A stretch of DNA of 64,000 bases from Clostridiales bacterium (GCA_021204025.1 JAJQAC010000018.1:8549-72548), one strand, 5' to 3'. Positions 50,634 to 59,739 are shown, counted from the first letter of the stretch. Numbers and translations are program-made. The notes: generated by a model from the letters alone, not told the origin.

Positions 50634-51560
50634 ATGGAGCTGGCGTTAATTACAATGGGGAAGATCTGCGAAATGTTTGTGATTTTGCTGATCGGCGCAC
50701 TGGCGTTTAAAACAGGAATTCTGGACAGCGCTTCCAACAAGCATCTGTCGAGCCTGCTTTTAAAAGTGATTTCTCCGGCGTTGATTTTTATGTCGTATCA
50801 GATTGATTTTGAGCCGGAGCGTTTGCAGGGGCTGATCTTGATGCTGGGGCTGTCGCTGCTCAGTTATGTGTGGTCAATACTCGTGGTTAATCTGGCTCTG
50901 CCAAAAGGGAAAAACGGCAATGTCGAGATTGAGCGTATCTCTGCGATTTATTCCAACTGTGGATTTATCGGGATCCCGCTGATCAACGCGATCGTGGGGA
51001 AAGAAGGCGTTTTTTATATGACGGCTTATATCACCATTTATAACCTGATGATCTGGTCGCATGGTCTGGCGACGATGTGCGGAACAACGGACATCAGGAC
51101 AGTGCTGAAAAATTTTGTACAGCCTGCGACGATTGCGATTGGTCTGGGTATCATCTGTTTTGTGGGCAGGATCCATTTGCCGTCTGTGATTGCCAATCCG
51201 CTTGATCTGGTGGGAGATATGAACACGGCGGTTGCGATGCTGGTGGCCGGTTGTAATCTGATGGAGAGTGATCTGATCGGTGCGTTAAAGCGTCCGCGTT
51301 CTTACTATGTCTGCTTTTTAAAGCTGCTGCTGGTTCCCTTTGTCAGTATCCTGATTTTGAAATTTATCCCTGTGAACTCTCTGTTTATCACAACACTCCT
51401 GGTGGCAATTGCGTGTCCGGCGGGAGCCATGGGTACGATGATGGCATTGCAGTATGATAAGGACAGCAATTACGCGACAGAGCTTTTTACCCTGACAACG
51501 ATTTTTTCGCTGGTGACGATTCCGATTGTGATCCTTTTAATGGGAATTCTGATCAGATGA
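50634..51560 (+). CDS. AEC-family (auxin efflux carrier) transporter
   Basis: The start MELALITMGKI at 50634 follows AAAGGAGG. The protein is about 308 aa with a 10-TM profile typical of AEC permeases. Confidence 0.75.
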   Translation: MELALITMGKICEMFVILLIGALAFKTGILDSASNKHLSSLLLKVISPALIFMSYQIDFEPERLQGLILMLGLSLLSYVWSILVVNLALPKGKNGNVEIERISAIYSNCGFIGIPLINAIVGKEGVFYMTAYITIYNLMIWSHGLATMCGTTDIRTVLKNFVQPATIAIGLGIICFVGRIHLPSVIANPLDLVGDMNTAVAMLVAGCNLMESDLIGALKRPRSYYVCFLKLLLVPFVSILILKFIPVNSLFITTLLVAIACPAGAMGTMMALQYDKDSNYATELFTLTTIFSLVTIPIVILLMGILIR

Positions 51561-51636
51561 CGCTATACCGTTGTAAATGGAAAATGCGGCGTAAAAAGAC
51601 AGGAGAGAGTGAAAACTGGATTTTGACTGAAAATGT

Positions 51637-52305
51637 TTGGGAATCATTTTGGGAAGGAAGGAAATTACTTTGATCATTCTGGAACGGACTAGTGTGATGA
51701 ATCTGGAAAATGCCATGCGGGGAGCCCGTAACCCCTTAAACAGCTGGGACCGTATGGATAGTTATTATGATGAAGAGGGAAATTATATTCTGGGAGAAAA
51801 TGATCTGGGACTGGCGGGACGTTTGCGACGGGCAGGAAGCGATCACCGCAAATTTATCCGTCAGATTTTTGTCAGCGTAGATATCACGGCTCCGATTTAC
51901 TGGTGGAAAGAATATGATACGTATAAGGTCGCCACAGTGGCAAATTCAACGAGTACCATGCACAAAATCCACAGTCGGCCTTTTTCGATCGATGATTTCA
52001 GTCATGATCATATGACGCCGGAAACACTGGATTTTATGCAGACGGTAGTGGATGAGCTGGAAAAGATTCGCTTAAAGTATATGGAAAACGGTAAAAAGAA
52101 AGAGGACTGGTACGATATGATCCAGCTTCTGCCGTCCAGCTATCATCAGATGCGCACCTGTACGCTGAATTACGAGACGCTGGTTAATATTTACTATGCG
52201 AGAAGAAATCATAAACTTGCGGAATGGCACACGTTCTGCGAATGGATCGAGGGACTGCCGTATGCGAGGGAACTGATTATCGGGACGGAAGAGAGCGCCG
52301 GATGA
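51637..52305 (+). CDS. ThyX-fold protein lacking the ThyX RHRxxS catalytic motif
   Basis: By-eye alignment to T. maritima ThyX: SDHRKFIRQIFVSVDITAPIYWWKEYDTYKVATVANSTSTMH versus [39 protein letters not shown], and LNYETLVNIYYARRNHKLAEW versus [21 protein letters not shown]. The start is uncertain (TTG 51637 or 51670, or ATG 51697). Confidence 0.6.
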   Translation: MGIILGRKEITLIILERTSVMNLENAMRGARNPLNSWDRMDSYYDEEGNYILGENDLGLAGRLRRAGSDHRKFIRQIFVSVDITAPIYWWKEYDTYKVATVANSTSTMHKIHSRPFSIDDFSHDHMTPETLDFMQTVVDELEKIRLKYMENGKKKEDWYDMIQLLPSSYHQMRTCTLNYETLVNIYYARRNHKLAEWHTFCEWIEGLPYARELIIGTEESAG

Positions 52306-52516
52306 CGGAGCGATGACAGAAAAACGGATTTCTTTTTGCACTGGGTTGTGAGATCAGAAAAAATCGAAAGGAATTGCGGGAAAACCACAATTTTCAGCTT
52401 GTAAGAAGAAAATAACATATGTTACAATAAACAAGATATGCGCCCTGACGTATTTGCACTGAATATGGTCGTTTCAGAGGAAGCAGGGGTTACAGGGTAA
52501 AAATAGGAGGATAACA

Positions 52517-53398
52517 ATGTATCGAATAATCAAAGCGGAAAAACTGGCGGAAAATATATTCCTCATGGATGTGGAGGCGCCGCGGGTAGCGAGATCCTGT
52601 CAGCCGGGTGAGTTTGTGATTGTAAAGATGGATGAAAGAGGCGAGCGTATCCCGCTGACTATCTGCGATTACAATCGGGAGACGGGAGTGGTTACTATCG
52701 TATTTCAGATTGTAGGGGCGTCTACACTGCGGATGAGTACCCTGCAGGCAGGCGACAGCTTCCAGGACTTTGTAGGACCACTGGGCAATCCCTCTGAGTT
52801 TGTGAAGGAACCGATAGAAGAGGTGAAGAAACGCCGTTATCTCTTTGTAGCGGGAGGTGTTGGCACAGCTCCGGTTTATCCCCAGGTTAAGTGGATGAAA
52901 GCACATGGGATTGACGTGGATGTTGTTGTCGGGGCAAAAAACAAGGATCTGCTGATCCTGGAGAAGCCGATGCGGGAGGTCGCCGGTAATCTTTACATTA
53001 CAACAGACGATGGCTCTTATGTCCGCAAAGGCATGGTTACGGATGTAATGAAGGATCTGGTACAAAAAGAAGGCAAGCAGTACGATATGTGCGTCGTGAT
53101 CGGTCCGATGATTATGATGAAGTTTGCCTGCCTGTTAACAAAGGAGCTGGGGATCCCGACGATCGTTAGCATGAACCCGGTTATGGTAGATGGCACCGGA
53201 ATGTGCGGGGCCTGCCGTCTGAGTGTAGGCAGTGAGGTGAAATTTGCCTGTGTTGACGGCCCTGAATTTGACGGGCATCTGGTAAACTTTGATGAAGCCA
53301 TGAAACGTCAGCAGATCTATAAGACGGAAGAAGGACGCGCGATGTTAAGAGAGCGTGAGGGGGATACGCATCACGGCGGCTGCGGGCAGTGTCATTAA
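52517..53398 (+). CDS. nfnA: NfnA-type FAD/NAD-binding, [2Fe-2S] subunit (sulfide/dihydroorotate dehydrogenase-like)
   Basis: 293 aa with a ferredoxin-reductase fold and the C-terminal Cys motif GMCGACRL...CVDGP. It pairs with a GltD-like gene downstream. Confidence 0.75.
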   Translation: MYRIIKAEKLAENIFLMDVEAPRVARSCQPGEFVIVKMDERGERIPLTICDYNRETGVVTIVFQIVGASTLRMSTLQAGDSFQDFVGPLGNPSEFVKEPIEEVKKRRYLFVAGGVGTAPVYPQVKWMKAHGIDVDVVVGAKNKDLLILEKPMREVAGNLYITTDDGSYVRKGMVTDVMKDLVQKEGKQYDMCVVIGPMIMMKFACLLTKELGIPTIVSMNPVMVDGTGMCGACRLSVGSEVKFACVDGPEFDGHLVNFDEAMKRQQIYKTEEGRAMLREREGDTHHGGCGQCH

Positions 53399-53478
53399 AG
53401 GAAGAGAATCCGGAACGGCGCGTCAGCAGGCGCCGTCCTGAGCGAGATAACAGGAAAATGATGGAGGAATGTATAGCG

Positions 53479-54864
53479 ATGGATGTAATGAAGAAAGTAC
53501 CGGTCCGGGAACAGGATCCAAAGGTTCGCGCGACGAACTTTGAAGAGGTTTGCTATGGTTATAACGCGCAGGAGGCTCATGAGGAGGCTTCCCGCTGTTT
53601 AAAGTGTAAGAATGCAAGATGTGTAAGTGGCTGTCCGGTGTCGATTAATATCCCGGCATTTATTAAGGAAGTGCAGGAGGGTAATATCGAAGGAGCGGCG
53701 GAGGTAATTGCGCAGGCATCCGCACTTCCGGCCGTCTGTGGGCGTGTCTGTCCGCAGGAGAGCCAGTGTGAGGGTCAGTGTGTCCGCGGCATGAAAGGAG
53801 AACCGATTTCGATCGGCAAGCTGGAGCGGTTTGTCGCCGACTGGTCACGGGAAAATGGTTTTGTACCAAAGGCCGCTGAGGTTAAGAATGGACATAAGGT
53901 CGCGGTGATTGGTTCGGGTCCTGCTGGGCTGACCTGTGCGGGTGATCTGGCAAAGATGGGTTATGACGTTACGATCTTTGAGGCACTTCACGAACCAGGC
54001 GGCGTATTGATTTACGGTATTCCGGAATTCCGTCTGCCAAAGCAGGGTGTCGTACATCCGGAGATTGAAAATGTTAAGAAACTGGGAGTTAAGATTGAGA
54101 CAGATGTGATTATTGGCAAGTCGGTGACGATTGATGAGCTGATGGATGATGAGGGTTTTGAGGCAGTATTTATCGGTTCCGGAGCGGGACTTCCCAAATT
54201 TATGGGAATTCCGGGAGAAAATGCCAATGGGGTATTTTCCGCGAATGAATACCTGACCCGCAATAATCTGATGAAAGCGTTCCGCGACGATTATGATACT
54301 CCGATTGTGGCTGGTAAAAAGGTAGCTGTTGTCGGCGGCGGCAACGTAGCAATGGATGCCGCGAGAACCGCGCTCCGTCTGGGCGCTGAGGTTCATGTGG
54401 TATATCGCAGGAGCGAAGCAGAACTTCCGGCCCGTGCGGAAGAAGTCCATCATGCAAAGGAAGAGGGCATCGTCTTTGATCTCCTGCGCAATCCGGTTGA
54501 AATCCTTTCAGATGAGAAAGGCTGGGTCAAAGGCATGGTAATCCGCAAGATGGAGCTCGGTGAACCGGACGCTTCCGGCAGAAGAAGACCGGTGGAGGTG
54601 CCGGGTTCTGATTATACGATTGAAGTGGATACGGTGATTATGTCTCTGGGAACTTCTCCGAATCCGCTGATTTCATCGACGACGGAGGGTCTGGAAACGA
54701 ACCGTCGCAAATGTATCGTGGCAGAGGAATCCAACGGTCAGACTTCCCGTGAGGGTGTCTTCGCCGGCGGCGACGCGGTGACCGGCGCAGCAACAGTAAT
54801 CCTTGCGATGGAGGCCGGCAAGAAGGCAGCGGCGGGGATTCATGAATATCTGAGCAATAAGTAA
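53479..54864 (+). CDS. nfnB: NfnB-type NADPH-dependent glutamate-synthase-homologous subunit
   Basis: MDVMKKVPVREQDPKVRATNFEEV, two Fe-S Cys clusters, and VAVIGSGPAGLTCA and VVGGGNVAMD folds. The start could be 53458 to 53488. Confidence 0.75.
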   Translation: MDVMKKVPVREQDPKVRATNFEEVCYGYNAQEAHEEASRCLKCKNARCVSGCPVSINIPAFIKEVQEGNIEGAAEVIAQASALPAVCGRVCPQESQCEGQCVRGMKGEPISIGKLERFVADWSRENGFVPKAAEVKNGHKVAVIGSGPAGLTCAGDLAKMGYDVTIFEALHEPGGVLIYGIPEFRLPKQGVVHPEIENVKKLGVKIETDVIIGKSVTIDELMDDEGFEAVFIGSGAGLPKFMGIPGENANGVFSANEYLTRNNLMKAFRDDYDTPIVAGKKVAVVGGGNVAMDAARTALRLGAEVHVVYRRSEAELPARAEEVHHAKEEGIVFDLLRNPVEILSDEKGWVKGMVIRKMELGEPDASGRRRPVEVPGSDYTIEVDTVIMSLGTSPNPLISSTTEGLETNRRKCIVAEESNGQTSREGVFAGGDAVTGAATVILAMEAGKKAAAGIHEYLSNK

Positions 54865-54906
54865 TCAAACAAAGAAAGTGCACTGGCATCATTGAAAAAA
54901 GATAAG

Positions 54907-54940
54907 GGCAGGATGTTCGAAAGCATTCTGCCTTTGTTTT
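54907..54940 (+). terminator. Terminator after nfnB
   Basis: GGCAGGATG (54907..54915) pairs with CATTCTGCC (54924..54932, one G-U pair), then TTTGTTTT. Confidence 0.7.
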
Positions 54941-54951
54941 ATGTATGCACA

Positions 54952-55033
54952 GGGCCGGGTAAGGAATTTTTGCGGCTGATGCCGCACCCGGCCCGCGCGG
55001 CGAGCAGGAGGCGAAAATCTGTCTCCTGCTCGA
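54952..55033. repeat. Hairpin repeat related to the 58588..58775 element
   Basis: GGGCCGGGTAAGGAATTTTTGCGGCTGATGCCGCACCCGGCCC and GGCGAGCAGGAGGCGAAAATCTGTCTCCTGCTCGAG have the same architecture as modules at 58588.. and 58733.. Confidence 0.65.
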
Positions 55034-55301
55034 GTATTATTTATCATTTAAAATACAAAAAACACTGGACGAATCCGGGAGTTTGTGAGAAAATATGATC
55101 AATAGCGGCATGTTTTCTTCGGATAGCATTTGATACATTGATACCCGGTCAAAGACATCCCGTTTTAATAAAAATTGTTACTGTTCAGGAGACGTCTTTG
55201 GATTCGGTATCTGATCGCACAGAATCGATTGGAAATGAATTGTACGTTTCAGGACAGTTGCATGAGATTCTCAATCATACATAGTTGAAAGGAGTTTTAA
55301 C

Positions 55302-55994
55302 ATGATTTATTCACATGAAGTTGAGATGATGTGCCCGGTAGCTCAAGGCGTGCATCACGGCGCAGCTCCCATTCCGGAAGAAGCCAAGTGGATCCAGGCA
55401 AAGGAAGTAAAGGATATTTCCGGTCTGACTCATGGTATCGGCTGGTGTGCGCCTCAGCAGGGAGCCTGCAAGCTGACGCTGAATGTTAAGGAAGGTATCA
55501 TTCAGGAGGCTCTGGTTGAGACGATCGGATGCTCGGGCATGACGCATTCTGCGGCTATGGCGGCAGAGATTCTGCAGGGCCTGACGATTCTGGAGGCACT
55601 GAACACTGACCTGGTATGTGACGCGATCAATACTGCCATGAGAGAACTCTTCCTGCAGATTGTTTACGGCAGAAGCCAGAGTGCGTTCTCTGAGGATGGA
55701 CTTGCTATCGGCGCCGGTCTTGAAGATCTGGGCAAGGGACTTCGCTCCCAGGTTGGCACGATGTATGGCACCCTCAAGAAAGGCCCGCGCTATCTGGAGA
55801 TGGCAGAAGGCTATGTAACTGGAATTGCTCTGGACGACGAGGACAAGATCATCGGTTATCAGTTCGTAAACCTGGGCAAGATGACTGACTTTATTAAGAA
55901 AGGCGACGACCCGAACACAGCCTGGGAGAAGGCAAAAGGACAGTATGGTCGTGTAGCAGATGCAGTTAAGATCATTGACCCGAGACAGGAGTAA
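55302..55994 (+). CDS. NifU/IscU-like domain protein (partner of the GGGtGRT protein)
   Basis: 230 aa with RBS AAAGGAG. It has IscU-like Cys positions (GWCAP..GACKL, ETIGCSGMTHSAAMAAE) followed by a roughly 110 aa extension I do not recognise. Confidence 0.65.
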   Translation: MIYSHEVEMMCPVAQGVHHGAAPIPEEAKWIQAKEVKDISGLTHGIGWCAPQQGACKLTLNVKEGIIQEALVETIGCSGMTHSAAMAAEILQGLTILEALNTDLVCDAINTAMRELFLQIVYGRSQSAFSEDGLAIGAGLEDLGKGLRSQVGTMYGTLKKGPRYLEMAEGYVTGIALDDEDKIIGYQFVNLGKMTDFIKKGDDPNTAWEKAKGQYGRVADAVKIIDPRQE

Positions 55995-56019
55995 AGGATA
56001 ATCAGGAGGAATTTCAATC

Positions 56020-57030
56020 ATGGCATTATTTGAATCATATGAGAGACGTATCAAACAGATTGATGCGGTTTTAAACAGCTATGGCATTGCTTCGATCGAA
56101 GAAGCTGAGAAGATCACCAAGGACGCCGGCCTTGATGTTTATAAGATGGTAGAAGGGATCCAGCCGATCTGTTTTGAAAATGCGAAATGGGCTTACACAG
56201 TTGGCGCAGCAATCGCGATCAAGAAGAACTGCCGTAAGGCTGCAGACGCTGCTGCTGCAATTGGCGAGGGCCTTCAGTCCTTCTGCATCCCTGGTTCGGT
56301 AGCGGACACCCGTAAGGTTGGTCTGGGACACGGCAATCTGGGCAAGATGCTGCTGGAAGAGGAGACCGAGTGCTTCGCATTCCTGGCAGGCCATGAATCT
56401 TTTGCTGCTGCGGAGGGCGCGATCGGTATCGCTGAGAAAGCAAACAAGGTTCGTCAGAAACAGCTGCGTGTAATTCTGAATGGTCTTGGCAAAGACGCTG
56501 CTCAGATCATCGCACGTATTAACGGATTCACTTTCGTTGAGACAGAGTACAATCCTTATACAAACGAAGTAAAGGAAGTATTCCGCAAGTCGTACTCCAC
56601 CGGCCTTCGTGCAAAGGTAAACTGCTATGGCGCAAACAGTGTTCCTGAGGGTGTTGCGATCATGTGGAAAGAGAACGTGGACGTATCCATCACTGGTAAC
56701 TCCACGAACCCGACCCGTTTCCAGCATCCGGTAGCAGGTACTTATAAGAAGGAGCGCCTTGAGGCGGGTAAGAAATACTTCTCCGTAGCATCCGGCGGCG
56801 GTACCGGCCGTACTCTGCATCCGGATAATATGGCTGCAGGCCCGGCTTCCTATGGTATGACCGATACTCTGGGTCGTATGCACAGCGACGCACAGTTCGC
56901 AGGATCTTCTTCCGTTCCGGCTCACGTAGAGATGATGGGTCTGATCGGCGCGGGCAACAACCCGATGGTAGGTATGACGGTTGCTGTGGCTGTTTCCGTA
57001 GAGGAAGCGGCGCAGGCTGGGAAGTTCTAA
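56020..57030 (+). CDS. GGGtGRT-family protein (uncharacterised)
   Basis: 336 aa with RBS CAGGAGG. It contains the literal family signature VASGGGTGRTLHPDN. It lies 25 nt after the NifU-like gene. Confidence 0.8.
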   Translation: MALFESYERRIKQIDAVLNSYGIASIEEAEKITKDAGLDVYKMVEGIQPICFENAKWAYTVGAAIAIKKNCRKAADAAAAIGEGLQSFCIPGSVADTRKVGLGHGNLGKMLLEEETECFAFLAGHESFAAAEGAIGIAEKANKVRQKQLRVILNGLGKDAAQIIARINGFTFVETEYNPYTNEVKEVFRKSYSTGLRAKVNCYGANSVPEGVAIMWKENVDVSITGNSTNPTRFQHPVAGTYKKERLEAGKKYFSVASGGGTGRTLHPDNMAAGPASYGMTDTLGRMHSDAQFAGSSSVPAHVEMMGLIGAGNNPMVGMTVAVAVSVEEAAQAGKF

Positions 57031-57057
57031 AAAAATATTTTTGCATCAGTGTGGAAG

Positions 57058-57092
57058 AGCCGTAATTCTAAGAGGGATTGTGGCTTTTTTTT
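57058..57092 (+). terminator. Terminator after the NifU-like/GGGtGRT pair
   Basis: AGCCGTAAT (57058..57066) pairs with ATTGTGGCT (57077..57085, two G-U pairs), followed by T8. Confidence 0.7.
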
Positions 57093-57285
57093 GGCAATCA
57101 TTGAGGAAATTTATTAAAGCTGGCATTATTTTCAAATATGTGTTAGACTATATCTGCAAACGCATACAGGAATGGGTCTCGGGATTTCTCCCAAGAGGAA
57201 AGTCAGGGCGGTTTGGGGTGTATCTGTCCGGGAAAGCTGCTTATGGAGGAAATTCACGAGAGGATGAAGCAGGAGGTATTTTATC

Positions 57286-58500
57286 ATGGCATTACATGTA
57301 ATCGATGAAGCGAACCGTTGTCTGGGGTGCAAGGTTCCACAGTGTCAGAAGGGCTGTCCGGTATCGACGCCGATCCCGCAGGTGATCAAACTTCTGAAAG
57401 AGAATAATCTGGATGAGGCCGGTTGGATGCTCTTTGAGAACAATCCGCTGACGACGGTCTGCAGTCTGATCTGCAACCATGAAAATCAGTGCGAGGGGCA
57501 CTGCGTTCTGGGCCGGAAGGGGGCGCCGGTTCATTTCTCAATGATTGAAAACTATATTTCTACCTATTATGCCTCAAAGATGTCCGGAGGACCCAAAGAA
57601 TCGAATGGCATGAAGGTAGCTATTGTGGGATCCGGCCCTGCAGGGCTGACGATCGCTGTGATTCTGGCCAGATATGGGTATGAGGTGACGATCTTTGAGA
57701 GCAAGGATAAGATCGGCGGCGTTCTGCGTTATGGCATCCCGGAGTTTCGTCTGCCAAAAACCGTGCTGGACGATTTTCAGTACCGTCATCTGGAATTGAA
57801 GGGGATCCGGTTCCGTCCCAATGTAAATATCGGCGGTTCGATCGGGATCGACGATATGTTCCGTGACGGTTATAAAGCGATCTTTGTGGGGACGGGCGTC
57901 TGGAAGCCGAACGCGCTCCATATCAAGGGCGAAACCTTTGGCAACGTCCATTTCGGGATTAACTATCTGAGCAATCCGGACAGTTATCATCTGGGAGAAC
58001 GGGTGATCGTGATCGGTGCGGGAAATGCTGCGATGGATGTAGCGAGAACTGCTCTGCGCAATGGAGTCCGTTATCTGACTTGTTTCTCGATTACGAAGAA
58101 GGTGGCGGCCAGCGAGCACGAGTTCAGCTATGCGCAGCTGGAGGGCGTCCAGTTTGAGTATAATAAAGCTCCGGTAGAGATTGTGGACGAGGGCGTGATC
58201 TTTAAGAATGTTATCGAGGATGAAGAGAAGGGGACATTTACCGATGTGCCGGATTCTGCGAAGCTGTATCCGGCGGACAGCATCATCATCTCGATCAGCC
58301 AGGGCCCGTTAAACCAGATTGTCAGTACAACGGAAGGTCTGGAGACGAATCAGAGGGGACTGCTCCGGGCGGATGAGACCGGACATACAAGCCGGCCGGG
58401 GATCTTTGCATCCGGCGATGTGGTTGCCGGTGCGCGTACGGTTGTCGAGGCAGTCGCTCACAGCAAGCTGGTAGCGGAGTCCATGCATGAGTATATGTAG
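57286..58500 (+). CDS. GltD/NfnB-like NAD(P)H-dependent Fe-S flavoprotein oxidoreductase (third paralogue in window)
   Basis: 404 aa with CLGCKVPQCQKGCP and CNHENQCEGHC clusters and VAIVGSGPAGL and VIGAGNAAMD folds. Confidence 0.78.
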   Translation: MALHVIDEANRCLGCKVPQCQKGCPVSTPIPQVIKLLKENNLDEAGWMLFENNPLTTVCSLICNHENQCEGHCVLGRKGAPVHFSMIENYISTYYASKMSGGPKESNGMKVAIVGSGPAGLTIAVILARYGYEVTIFESKDKIGGVLRYGIPEFRLPKTVLDDFQYRHLELKGIRFRPNVNIGGSIGIDDMFRDGYKAIFVGTGVWKPNALHIKGETFGNVHFGINYLSNPDSYHLGERVIVIGAGNAAMDVARTALRNGVRYLTCFSITKKVAASEHEFSYAQLEGVQFEYNKAPVEIVDEGVIFKNVIEDEEKGTFTDVPDSAKLYPADSIIISISQGPLNQIVSTTEGLETNQRGLLRADETGHTSRPGIFASGDVVAGARTVVEAVAHSKLVAESMHEYM

Positions 58501-58550
58501 AGTCTGCCGAAAGATGAGTGATTCGTAACAATCCATATTTGATTTTGAGA

Positions 58551-58580
58551 CATGTCCGCGTGAGCGGACATGTCTGTTCT
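58551..58580 (+). terminator. Hairpin after the GltD-like gene
   Basis: CATGTCCGC-GTGA-GCGGACATG followed by the T-rich TCTGTTCT. The T-tract is weak. Confidence 0.45.
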
Positions 58581-58587
58581 ATGCACA

Positions 58588-58775
58588 CGGGCGGATATGG
58601 AAATTTTGCAGCTGACGCTGCATCCGGTCTACGCTCCGCTTCGGTCGTTGCTAAACGGTCCTGTGTGCCAGTGGCACACGTCAAGGACCGACCGAAACGG
58701 AGTGTAGATGCCACTGGCACACAGCAACCGGCACGGCGAGTACGAGGCTAAAAACCGCCTCCTGCTCGATCGCAG
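58588..58775. repeat. Longest copy of the GCAGCTGACGC-family multi-hairpin element
   Basis: CGGGCGGATATGGAAATTTTGCAGCTGACGCTGCATCCGGTCTACGCTCCGCTTCGGTCG...GTGTGCCAGTGGCACAC...GCCACTGGCAC...GGCGAGTACGAGGCTAAAAACCGCCTCCTGCTCG. Its parts recur at 7182, 49822 and 54952. Confidence 0.8.
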
Positions 58776-58800
58776 AACCGCGAAAGGAAGTTGGCAGCTT

Positions 58801-59739
58801 ATGAATCAGAAATCCCTTAAGATCACAACAGGCGCGATGGTCACCGCAATTTTTGGGGTGATGCTTTTATTAAACCGGCAGACGGGAAATCTCCTGGAGG
58901 AGGTTTTTCTTTACCTGTATCCGATTCCGATGGTCGCTTACGCGGCTATGTATGGTATGAAGAGCGGGACGGCCGTTTTTGCGGCGATGTCGTTGCTTTC
59001 CCTGTTGTTTGGTAATTTTACTACGATTTTTTACGCGGTGTCGCAGGCGTTTATCGGTCTGATTTTTGGAGGTTGCCTCTATCACAGGGTTGATACGATT
59101 AAGACATTATTTGCGGTGATGCTCCTTTCGGCGGTCATGAATCTGCTGAATACGGTTGTGCTGGGCTTCCTTTTTGGATTTGATCTCAATCAGGAAGCGG
59201 CCGAGATGCAGACGATCATGAATTCCGCGTTTGAGCAGGCGGGGATAGCGCTGCCGGAAGGACTCCTGTCGTCAGATTATCTGAAGCAGATGATCGTGAT
59301 TTCCATGATTATTCTTGGTGTGATACAGGGATTTATTGTATATGAGGTCAGCCTGCTGATCCTGCGGCGACTTCGTTTCCCGGTGAGCAGGCTCAGACCG
59401 GTATTCTCCTATCATCCGCCAAAATGGACAGGATATGTCGCTTTAGCGGCGTTTTTTGGTTACAACAGCACTCTTTTGCGTCCAATGGAAAATACGCTGC
59501 TGCAGCAGATACTGATGACTGCCGGGATATTTGGCTATGTGTATCTGATTTGCTTTGGTTTTATCGCGGTTCTGCTGCTTTTTAAGATTCACGTCCCGGG
59601 AAAGAAAATCTTCGGGGTGCTGGTCGGCGTGCTGGTTTTGCTTTTATTTCCCTTTCTGGAGATGGTTATGGGGCTTATGTATATTGTGAGCAGCTGGCAT
59701 GAAAGGATGCTGGAGCAGGTTGAAAAAATGGGTTCCTGA
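58801..59739 (+). CDS. Polytopic membrane protein, possibly DUF2232/YybS-like
   Basis: The start is MNQKSLKITTG at 58801. The ORF-track start at 58708 lies inside the repeat. The protein is about 312 aa with many TM helices. The family call is tentative. Confidence 0.45.
   Translation: MNQKSLKITTGAMVTAIFGVMLLLNRQTGNLLEEVFLYLYPIPMVAYAAMYGMKSGTAVFAAMSLLSLLFGNFTTIFYAVSQAFIGLIFGGCLYHRVDTIKTLFAVMLLSAVMNLLNTVVLGFLFGFDLNQEAAEMQTIMNSAFEQAGIALPEGLLSSDYLKQMIVISMIILGVIQGFIVYEVSLLILRRLRFPVSRLRPVFSYHPPKWTGYVALAAFFGYNSTLLRPMENTLLQQILMTAGIFGYVYLICFGFIAVLLLFKIHVPGKKIFGVLVGVLVLLLFPFLEMVMGLMYIVSSWHERMLEQVEKMGS

Noticed and set aside
55311-56925. Minus-strand ORFs 55311..56054 (247 aa) and 56071..56925 (284 aa) covering the NifU-like/GGGtGRT genes
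   Set aside because: The plus-strand products carry recognisable family signatures (IscU-like Cys motifs, GGGTGRT), strong RBSs and a terminator. The minus-strand translations look like compositional artefacts.
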